A stretch of 64,000 nucleotides of DNA from Chrysomallon squamiferum (taxonomy: Eukaryota > Animalia > Mollusca). The position numbers and the translations under genes were made by a program. Of this stretch, positions 26,234 through 38,140 are shown one piece after another (the first letter of the stretch is position 1; the number at the start of each line of letters is the position of its first letter). The notes beneath the pieces are model-generated. The model was not told the DNA's origin. It did no database searches and was given only the letters and a program-made list of their open reading frames with translations. The stretch covers positions 11,966,001-12,030,000 of the forward strand of contig CM022668.1 of NCBI GenBank assembly GCA_012295275.1. Reading direction: 5' to 3'.

Positions 26234-26302
<69 letters not shown>

Positions 26303-26434
26303 CTTCTACTTAATGTAGGTCACCTTTGACGTAAAACTGACTTATTTCTGGAGAGGGAAAAAAAAAATAAGACAAGAAAAGAAACAAAGAAAAAAAAGAA
26401 AAAAAAAAGAAAAAAAAAAAGATAAAATGAAAAA

Positions 26435-26466
<32 letters not shown>

Positions 26467-27223
26467 TAGAAAAAACCCAAAGAAAATCAAGGCCTTCCTT
26501 TAATGCACATATATATATATATGGCTTATATATTATATTATCTCTTGTTGTTTTTACCTAGAGACATTCCACAATTAAATATCAGGTGTTGGCAGAACAT
26601 GCTTTAATATTTCACTATTTTTCATCCTTATTTGTTTCTATATTTCTTTTTCTTTCAATCTTTTGATTTTGGGTGATTTACTATCCTGTACTTTGGCCAT
26701 ATTAAATATGTAAGTATCAAATATAATTGTGTATTTATTAATATTTATATAATTTGAAAAGATATTACTTTATTTTTTAATATTTAATGTTTTGTCGTGA
26801 TGTTTTAAATATATATTTTTTTTCATAGCACCATTATCAATATAATCTCATTTCGTTTACATTCATAATACTGTAATAATCACAAACTCACGATGTACTT
26901 TTAAACAATAAAACGATTTGAAAAATTAACGTCCTATTTGCGCTTGTTTACGAAACAAAATAGTTCCACCTAATTCCAAACAACAGCGCTCAAAATAACG
27001 CGTAAAAACACAAACAGACAAGACCTATGATCGCTACTGATTTAATGGCATCCAAGATATCGTCTGCAGAAGAATAAATTATCTTTCAAAGTGACCCCGC
27101 GTCGACTGTTTACAAGGTTTATATTATCGGTAACACTGTTTGGAGAAGTAGGAAAGCGGTCAAGGTTAGCGCAGGTTATCAACAACAGACCGACCGAACG
27201 CAGCCCGCGATCATTCAACAAAA

Positions 27224-27488
27224 ATGGCCACCCCGGTAAAGCAGCTTGTGTCTCGTCTGTCCTCAAAGCCGATCCAGAGGGACATTTCTACATCGGCCAC
27301 GAAGTTTACGGCGTCATGGCAGCAGCATGGGGTGGTCGGTGCGGTAAGTGAATAACTGTAATATTTTATTTGTGAAAATTTAGAATTTAAAACATTTTTT
27401 TTTTTTTTGTTAACATGTTCATTTTAAATAGTCTTTTTAAATTCGTTTAATTAAAAAGGATGTGAACGTTTATGAAATGCATTATGAA

Positions 27489-27528
<40 letters not shown>

Positions 27529-28349
27529 TAATAATAATTAAATATTTGTAATGAAATATATTTGTTATATGTTTATATATACATGAAATGTGTGTTGTTT
27601 TCTATTTGCGTTTATATATATATATAAATACAACAATGTTATAAGTTATTATATATATGAAATATATCAGAAAAGGGGGAAATCAGGAAAAAGTAATTCA
27701 GAAGCAAAAGTAGTATTCAGAATAACAAAACACACACACACCTACACAAAAAAAACAAAAACAAAAAAAACGACTACAAATTATCAAGCAATAGATCACA
27801 AAATGAAATAAAAATATTTTTACAATAAATTATTTTAAATAAACAAACAAATAAATAAACAAATAAATAAATAAATAATGGTTTCTTCCCGCAGGAGTCG
27901 AAATAGAAAATAAGAAAACTATCGCCGTCATAGAGGTCATTTTCAAAATGAAACGAATTTCATTTTTCGGAAAATAATAACAACAGCAACAGCAGCAAAA
28001 ACAAACAATCAGCTTTTTGTTTTTTCAGATTTTTTTCATCTTCTTCAACCAGCCGTCTATAAATAAATAAATAATTAAATAAATAAATAAATAAATAAAA
28101 ATAGCTGAATAATAAAATGAAATGAAATAAAATAAATAAATAAATAAAAACAAAAAAGAAAACAAATTAAGGGAGGGGCTCCTGTGCCCCTCAGTCTCAT
28201 GTAAAACGCACACAGCCTCTTAATTAATTGGATGAAGAAGAAAACTCCGGCAATCGTAACATGAGATCAGCAAAATAAAACTACTTTTTCTATTTTCGTT
28301 CGGCGGAATGCGTTCTTTTTTGAATATTATTATTATTATTATCACGTTG

Positions 28350-28407
<58 letters not shown>

Positions 28408-28743
28408 GTGTGTTCGTGCGTGCGTGCGCGCGCGCGCGTGTGTGGTGAGAATATTAACAGCACTGTTAACGGAATGAGGAAGTTCTACGACTCACATTTA
28501 GCAAACATTTTGACAGGGAAACACTCGTGTGTTGCGTAATTTTTCTTTAAATTATGAATGTAAAATTGTTACTGTATCGATTTAGTTTGATTGACTGAAC
28601 TATTTATATGTGGGCTGCTTTCGAAAGCGTACCGACACGTGAATATGTGCGCGCGCGCACTTAAGTACGAACATTAATATTTTCAGTCCGGATATTTACA
28701 GTGAAGACAACAGGCAGAAATTATTGTTGTTGTTATTATTTGA

Positions 28744-28786
<43 letters not shown>

Positions 28787-30808
28787 GAAATAATAATAAA
28801 CTGAGAACCTCATTTTGAATCCATTGGCAAATCAAGAAAAACATGTATTCTGTGTATTTACTCTGTCAAAAGTTACATTCACCGAAAAATTTGCTCTAAT
28901 GTTCATTTATTTTTTTATGTCCATCTTCAGAAATTTATCGATGAAAATTATCTTGGACGAACGAATGATTGATTTAAAGAAATAAAAAGGAATGAATATA
29001 AAAATATTTGAATATTAATGATAATTAAGTGTTAAACCCAAACGTCTTTTATTATTATTATTATTATTATTATTATACTTATTATTATTATTGTTGTTGT
29101 TGTTGTTGTTTCAAATAATATTACGTTATATTATATGGATTTTAATTTCTAAATACCATAACTCTGTCCATGTCAAACGTGAATACATGATATGTTTGAT
29201 TTAATTAAAATAATAAAACAACAGATGTAATGTTGACAGGTGTGTGTAACAATACAGAAATATGTCAACTGTGTCAAAACATACATTCATCCGTGTGGAC
29301 TTTGTTCTTTTCTGCTGCGTGAAACTAATGAAAAATAAATATATTATAATAATAAAATAAATAAATAAATAGATAAATTAACAGCAAATGAATAAAAATA
29401 ATAATTAAAAAATAAATGAATAAACAAAATAAATAAAAAATAAAATTTAAAAAATACAATGTACAAAATTACAGATCGCATTGAAAATTTTAACAAGGAA
29501 GACTGCTACAGACCTGTATTTTCAAATAACCTTTTTGTTGAAAATTAAATGATATATATATATACAAAATCACAATTGCAGGCGCATTTATACAAATTTA
29601 CATCAATAAATAAAATTATAAAACACTTGGATGGTTAGTGGTACCCATGTGATTTTGCGGACTTGAATTGATTTTTTTACTACGCTACATTAAAAAGAAG
29701 AAAGCATCAGAGAGAGAGAGAGAGAGAGAGAGTTATCGTAACAAATTTCAGAGTGCATATTAAATGACAGCCGCAGTTATAAAATTAATCTGGATTTATC
29801 TGTCGGCTGCATAAAGTCTAACTTGTTTAATCGACTGACCTGTGTATAAAGGGCAGTCTAGACATGAGATATGAATCGATTGCATACGTGCATAGTCCCA
29901 CGATTCATATTTACTTTGCTAAGCAAAGCAGAATTTTTATTTATTTATTTATTTATTTTTTCATTTCTTTATTGTAAAATGATCCGGACGGCATTTGGAT
30001 GTTCAGACGAAACAATATTTTTATTCTTATATTTTATTATTAGAAGACGTTGCTCGTCAGTTTAAAAAAAAAAAAAAAAAAATGATCACATGGAATTTGT
30101 TAATCCGATGCAAATCGAATTTTTTTTATACATATTCGTAACATGTTAACATCCGAAGAAGATTTCTTCAACGCATGCGCAAACTCGATTGCACACGTCA
30201 GATGTACACTAAACATAAATTATTATTATTTATTTTATTTTATTTTTATTTTTTTGTCGTTCTCGTTAAAAAGAACTGATTAGAGTGTTTAAATTAAGCA
30301 CTATCATCAAATTTGCTTAAATGTATTTAATAACATAATTACTTTCTGAGTCGGTTACTGTGCATTAATTAAATCCCAAATGACCTTTAAGATGAATGAC
30401 CTTTACTTATGAAAATTTTCAGAATGTTTTAATTTAACTTGAAATTGTAAGATGCAGATGGCCATGTATTGTACACAATCTTTAAACCTAAAATCTGTAT
30501 ATAAAGATACTGAATAAATATCTGACAGTTTTGTTTATTAATTTTCAATGAACACAGCTTAATTTGTTTACTTTTTCCTAAGCCGAAGTCGAACAAGTGC
30601 ACTTTAACACGAAATAAGCATTTTTACTCGGCTGTTTGTCTAGAGGGATGAACAATTTTTATTAACAAATATTATTAAATAAGATGCCATAAATTGAATT
30701 AATTTATTTATTTATTTAAAGTGCCAAAAGATTTCTGAAATGAGATTTTAAAATATATTGTGTTTTGTTCTTTGAATTTTATTAATTTAAACAACGGATA
30801 TGTTGATA

Positions 30809-30844
<36 letters not shown>

Positions 30845-31652
30845 AACAGAAAATAAACTTATAAAATTAAACAAATTAAAAGTATATTATAATGTACCGA
30901 AAGCTTGCATGGACAGAGAGAAAATTGAACTTATTGAATGAATCCCAATAAAATATCTCATCATCATTAGTGATCACCTTTTTAATATTTACTTTGGAAA
31001 CCGAAAGAATGTTGTTTATTGCTGAACACACACACACACACACACACACACAAATATGAAACGAGAATAGATATGCAGAAAGCAGACACAACAACAAATA
31101 AATTAAGGTTTAGAAGATAAAAAGTAATCGTGTTCTGGAAAGTCTTTAATAATAAAACTAAAAGAAGAAGAAGAAGAAGTTAAAATAAAAAAAATAATAA
31201 AAAGAAAAACGTTTTGTTTTATTTCCCGTTTGACACGCCCATGAATATTTCATAGTTGTCGACCAATGAGAAAATTCGGTTGTATTCTTACGCGGGTCGT
31301 TGTGACAGTACGTTTTCCAGTGCGCGCAGACTTGACCCCATTTTCGTCCGTTGCCAAGGCCATGTATTTTTATCGATGAGTTTGCTCTCAGGATTTTGTA
31401 CCAAACATCCGCGTTGGCAAGTTATTCTTTCTAAACCGGGACGTCAGCGGCTGTTGGATGCCGTCTGCATAAGTTGATCTATTAAAAACATTGGCCCAAC
31501 GTACGCGCGTTCTGTCACGTAGACACCATGGGGGGGGGCGAAATGTCTGTGTCACAACGGAGCGGGGAGAAGGTAGGGGATGAATTGGAAATAATAAGGT
31601 GCAGCCATGTCAAGATGGTTGAGAAGAATTATTTATGTGATCTAAAATAAAG

Positions 31653-31691
<39 letters not shown>

Positions 31692-32036
31692 GGTGTTGTT
31701 GTTTTGTTGTAATGTATACGCCTTTTAAGAAACGCTTCAGTTCAGTATTCAATCATTTTATAATAAACAGATTTTTTTAATTGCTGAATACTGTAATACA
31801 GTAGTAAATCATGGTTATATTTATGTTTTCTTTTTCTTTTCTTTTATTTTTCTCTTCTAATTTTGTATTTTTGATTTATTTTTTCTTGATAAAAAGAAAT
31901 GTTTATAAAATAACAATAACTGGCATTGTTTAGGAAGTTTCAATATGCAGACAAAATAAACACTACAAAAAATTCCGCATCCTTATCCCAGTATAATATA
32001 TATTTATTTTATTTTATTTATTTATTTATTTATTTA

Positions 32037-32095
<59 letters not shown>

Positions 32096-34311
32096 GTGAT
32101 GTACTTTTACAACAGTAACCATTTTGAAATTGAGAAACGGGTTGTTACGTAATAAAGTTGATACGTTTTGGCGAGATGCCAAGTATGTCATGGTCATACG
32201 TTAACCAGACTTTAAAGGTTTTTGTAAAAGAAATATTTAGAGGATTCCTCTTTAGCGATAAATTACTCCAGTTTATAACCTGTTTGGTATTTCAAGGAGA
32301 GCTAGTTTTCGTTGATTCCACTAGAGTGCAATGTCATGACATTCATCAATTTGTGTATAAGATGAAAATGAAATAAATAAAAATAAAAAACATAATTTAA
32401 TTTAATGAATTCTTGGAGAAATTTACCTCTACACGGCCACACCCTCGCTCTGTCCTTTTTTCGTGTAATTCTATTGATAGGCAGTCGATACCAATCTTTA
32501 CTAATAATAAAGGTGACAAAATAACAAGCACGTGAAAACCATGGAGGCGAATGTTTTTTTCCATCATTGTAGCGTTATTTCAGAGAGAGAGAGAGAGACG
32601 CATTGATTTGTCTCGCCAATGTCCGAATCGATCAGACGACATTGTCTACATGAATATGTAGCCAAATCCTTGGGTTCGTTTAGCGTTCATACACATAAAA
32701 ACACTTCTTCCAACAATAACATCATTCTAAGACAAATCTCGTTAATTCAAAGGTAATAAAACCTGATTTGAACCAGCAGTATCCTAGCAACACAAACGTT
32801 AACATTGCAATATAAATCTGCGGTTTGACAAAAAAAGTTTTCTTTCGCGATTTGTTCCTAGTCCCTAGTTATAAATAAATGGCGAAAATGCTTGTTAACT
32901 TGTAAAATCAATGAAAATTGTCTTTTTATGTCAGTCGAGTCATGCGGCTAAAACTGAAAACTGTTAAATCAGCATACTTGTCTCCCTTCAGTTATAAAAA
33001 CAAATGGCTGGATCCGAAGAACTGATCATTATGATTTCAGATTAAAATATTAATAATAAAAAATGAAATAAAATGAAAATACAAAAACTGTTTTTATAAT
33101 ACTAGTCACTACTGAGATGAGGTGAAAGTTTTTTTGTTTTTTTTTTGAAAGAAAAAATATATTAATTTATTACAGAAAGGCAGTTTTAAAATTTTTTAAA
33201 AGTATATTAAGTTCTATATAGCTTGTTTACGGCCCATCAAACAACCTTCTTTGTGACTCATTGGTACTAGTTTGTCAATGACCTATTTTTACTTTCATTA
33301 ATCGTACAGTAGCTTTCAGAAGAAAGACAAAAGTTTTTATTTATCGCGTCCGCTCATAAAAATTATTGCAAACAAAATAGAAACATGAATCTCATATGAA
33401 ATAAAGATGGACGAGCTAGAAACATATATATTAATCAGTTTTGTAATTCAAAAAAAAAAAAAAAAGAAAGTGTAAAAAAGGAAGATTTATTATTATTTAT
33501 AAGTGAACTTAAAATTATTTTGTTCACTTTTTAAATTAATACTAATCTGTAATCGTTAAACGTATGTGTTAAATGCATAATATTTCTACATCCATTCATT
33601 ATTATTATTAAGTGTTTGATTTTTTTTCGCTCGCTTTTACGTTCATGCACTAGCTTCGGGCAAAGTGCCCATGTCCTATTTTTAAGTACATTTACGTGTC
33701 ATTCAAAGTGCTCACGACTTCCGACGGTTTCTTTTTTTTTTTTTCTGCCCCCCACCCCAACCCCAAAGAACAGTCCAAGGACAATTCTGTATAATGTTTG
33801 ACGTCATTATATGAAGAAGCAGCGATAAAACAGAAATAGTACTAAAATAAAATCCATAATACTGTTCTAAAAATAACGTATCTACAATTGAATACCAACT
33901 GAATGAACGCCTATCTTTCGCAGACAACATACGGCTTCGATTTTCCACAATTCGTTCATGACCCAGAAAACGAATTCCACCGGTAACAAAGAAGCTGTGA
34001 CCTCAATCGACTTAAATATGGAAATGTTAGTGTTCGAATCTCAGAAATAGCTTCAGCTAATAGCTTTTTTTCTTGTTGTTACTAAACTTGTAAATAAACA
34101 GGTACATTTAAAATTAACTACTATAATACATTTTTTTATTTTTTTTATTTTTTAATTTTCATTTTGCGTCAATTTTAATATTTTATTTTTCCAGACCCTC
34201 CCGTTTAAGGTAAACAGCCACGCCCGCACCACTGTTCTGTTTGCACTGTTCTTTGGAACTGGCTTGAACCTGCCATTTCTTCTCCTGTACCATCAGCTGA
34301 CCAAGAAATGA
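27224..34311 (+). CDS. COX7C: Cytochrome c oxidase subunit 7C, mitochondrial precursor, 78 aa
   Basis: Exon 27224-27343 (MATPVKQLVSRLSSKPIQRDISTSATKFTASWQQHGVVGA, presequence-like, donor gtaagt) joined in phase 0 to exon 34195-34311 (TLPFKVNSHARTTVLFALFFGTGLNLPFLLLYHQLTKK*). Matches recalled human GPGK|NLPFSVEN...[20 protein letters not shown], including the intron position. Probable 3'-UTR intron from 34329 to 34780 or 34907. Confidence 0.92.
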
Positions 34312-35097
34312 ACGGTCGGGCTTAGAAGGTACTCGAGCTAGTCAGAGAGAGAGAGAGAGAATCTGATTATTAACATCACTTCTAATGGTTTCTATATTAA
34401 AATAGATACAATTTTAATTTTAAAAACAGAAGAAAAAAATAAGTAAATAAAAAAATAAAAATAAATAATCACAATATCACTGAAGTTTAATATTAATAAA
34501 AAAAATTTGGCGTAAGTGTTAGATATTGTACACCTGCATTTCGTCTGCTTGTATCACGTGACCAACGTTTTTTGTTAAAAATACCAGACAAATCTTTATA
34601 GCCTAGACATGGTTTTTTTTTTGTTGGTTTTTTTAATGTTCTTTTCAGTAGTCTTTCTTTTTATAAATTTTCTTTCTTGAACATATTTTAAAATAATCTT
34701 TAAATATACAGATTTTAAGCTTTAGTAATTCCTGTTCTATATATTTATTTATTTATTTATTATTATTATTTTTTTTTCAGAAATTTCTTTTGGCTGTGTT
34801 TGTGACAACTTAAGCGGCAACTAAACAGAAACAGATCGCACAACAATTTTTATTTATTTTTTCAAATTTAATTAAAAGTGGATGTGGACATAGTTTTTTG
34901 TTTTCAGACGGTTCCTTGAGTGAATAAAATAGTGTACATTAACTTCACTTTTTATGGATCCACTTCCAAATTTTCGAAAATACGCACACAAATAAATAAT
35001 AATAAGTTCACAAAAATATATAGAGACAAACAAGTTGAAATGTATTTTAGAAAAGTTTTGAATAAAAAAAATGGATAAAACATTAATAACGTTTTAA

Positions 35098-35142
<45 letters not shown>

Positions 35143-35867
35143 CACCAAGCCAAGCAGTCAGCCATTTTGAAATATCCTTATGTTGATCCAGATAAGTAAA
35201 TCTGGTCAGAACATAGTTTTTGAGGTCAAACGTCAGTTATCTAATTAGGACGTTGTTAATATTTTAGCTGCATGACATAAGTTAACAGTCTGTTATCGGC
35301 GTGAGATAAGTTATCTTCGGGACATAGTAAATATAGTTCGTGTTTTACAAAGATGAAGACTTGCATTCTATATATATATACTCTAACAAAAAAGAAACAC
35401 AAAAGTAGATTTTATTGACATTAGGAATATCTATCTAATGGATCAACAGAAAGCAGCAGAATGTTCACATTTTACACACACTTTCGCAATTCATTAATAT
35501 TGATGGTATTACATTGAAAAGGTTAAAGTTCAAGGTTACAACTGGTATTTGTTTGATGTTGGGTCACAACAAAAATAAGGAACAGAAGTTTTCGAAAACA
35601 TTGCATTTTTATAACCCTCGAATTCAAAGTTTCATGTGCCGCACGTGCACATGCACTGGTAACGTGGTTTGCATGCGGGGATGTTTTGGCCAATAAACAC
35701 GATCATAGCCTTTATTTTTTGTTACCTGCTTTTTGGCGACTGTAACAAAAGCTATGCTTTTGAATCACCAAATGTCATTATATTCATAGTTTGTATATAT
35801 GACATCGATATGTGTCAGTTTACAATTGTTATCTAAGAAATCAACCAATTTGCATTTCTTTTTGGGG

Positions 35868-35928
<61 letters not shown>

Positions 35929-38140
35929 GGAATAAGTGTATGCAAGTAGTTGTAGGTGGTATACTTTTTAGTGTTTAATTTATGTAGGGAATTGAACAAG
36001 TTCAAATATTAATTCGTTAAGTGGGTGGCGCATTTTGCAATATGTGCACTTTGTAATCGGATAACAGCCCAGACTATGGTTAGCTAGAGATTAGCGGTTT
36101 ATCTTTCACAACAGTTGTTTGAGATGCATGTTTAAGATTACACTTTGTTTTTTCTTTGTATTATTGTTGTTGTTATTATAAATTATTATTTTTTTTTTTT
36201 TCTGTCGTCATACAGTTTAAATATAGACATGAGAGTAAATTTAAAAACAATTTCCGATTAATTTCGATAGAAAACCCTCTCCCTGAATCTGATAAGAAAC
36301 GGAAGTATGTGCACTTATCGTTATTGTTTATTTTGTCTTTATATTCATCGTTAGTTTACAGTTATTTCGCAAATTTTACGAATCGCAGAATTACATTGTC
36401 AAAGATATTTTTTAGTGTTTCTTTAAAGATGGCAGTGAATAAAAATTACCCTTGGAATGACGTTATCATTATGAAGAGGAAACAACAACAATAATAACAG
36501 CAAACAAAGAAAATAATACATAAATAACAACATAACATAACATAAAATAACATAAATCTATATTTCGAATATGTTGGTTAATTGCTACAATTCATTAATT
36601 TTATTGATATGGCAACAAGAATTTTAATGACTGTTTTTGTAACTTCATTTCTTCTTTTTTTTCACCCTTGGTGAATCTACTGTTGATATTGGATGAAAGC
36701 CAAATAATTCATAAACTAGACAAAAAAGAAAAATGTAAAAAAAGAAAAAAAAGTGACCTTTTAATTTTTTCATCGTTTGTTGCTGTGAAAAGTTGAATAT
36801 ATCAAAAATAATATTTTGTTTTTGAAATAAACGTACATTTTTGGATTGCTTGTTTTAAATAAACATGAAATATAAGTTGTTGTTTTTTCTAGTTTTAACA
36901 AAACTTTTCCCCGTTTCTTTATATGTTTTAAATGTGTTGCCATTGTTCTTATTGTTGTTGCTATTATTCAATCAAGATTAAAAAAAGAATAAAAAAAGAA
37001 GATTGCACACTTTCTTCTTCAAAAATAGTTTATTTTATGTATTATGGACAACTCAAATACACGAATAATTAAATGGATACTCAACAAATCAATAAAAACA
37101 ATTTAAAATATTAGAAATTAACAATAGCAAAAATATATATTTTGATTTTAATGTTTGAAAATGTATACAGTCAGGCAATTTTTAGTTTTCTTTTTTTCTT
37201 TTTTTCAAATTAAATATACCTATAGTAGATTACAGATGATAATAATAATAATAATCATAATAATAATAATAAATATAACAAATAATGCATATATAAAAAT
37301 TAATACCTGCATAATTATATTCAAAATATAAAATACAATGAAAATTATTCTTAAAAATATTATTGCTATACAATAATCTTTTGGCAGTAATCTAGCTATA
37401 ATTTAAAAATAATTATTAAAAAAATAAAATAAAATTATATATTTATTTAAAGGTTACAGTTTTATAGAAATTAGTTTTAAGAAAATTAAATACATATTTA
37501 AAGGAAAATATACTGGTAATAGTTCAATGTTGGTAACAATTAATAGGCAGTTCATAACCAGTTTATCGTTTTTAACACTAAGTTTAATGATAAACTTAAG
37601 TTTGGATCTAAATGATATAAAAAATCAAAGTTGGAAAACTGTTTTTTGGGTGGGGGGGGACACAAATTGTTGGCACTGCAAAATAATCTAGCACTGGCCA
37701 TATTTTCGATAATAAACTGGAAAAATTATTTTTTGTAAAAAATAATTCTGTGATTAACAATACTCAACCTGTTATAACTTTTCAACAACATTTTCTATAA
37801 AGTGGTTTGAAAATGAAGCTTATGAGACAAGGAATATGATTTACACATAAATTTAGTATCCCCCCCCCAAAAAAAATGTGATTTAAATGTACAGTCATGT
37901 TTCAGTTGCTTAATGTGTAATTGTGTTTGTTTGAGTACGTAATTAAAAAAAAAAAAATTTTATTAGTAAAGATACATAAATACAAAATATTATCTGTAAA
38001 TAATGTTTTTATTTTTTTTTATTTTTAAAAACAAAACAACAACAACAAAAAAAAAACACCTGAAAACAATACAAACAACAATAAAAAAACATCTCCATCG
38101 AAATAATCATGATAGGTTCAAGTTAACATAGGTCATGATT

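Noticed and set aside
27278-27343. Resemblance of RDISTSATKF to ATP synthase subunit c (RDIDSAAKF)
   Set aside because: No glycine-rich subunit-c helices follow; the downstream exon is clearly COX7C.
27091-27351. 86-aa ORF of the track, and its 74-aa antisense ORF at 27042-27266
   Set aside because: Shadow frames of COX7C exon 1; the frame from ATG 27224 gives the recognisable protein.
29165-29240. miR-190-like string tgatatgtttgat
   Set aside because: Only ~13 nt match, the 3' part diverges, the complementary bases lie on the wrong side, and miR-190 is normally in a talin intron.
37665-37710. miR-96-like string ttggcactgcaaaataatc
   Set aside because: No pre-miRNA hairpin partner visible; several mismatches.
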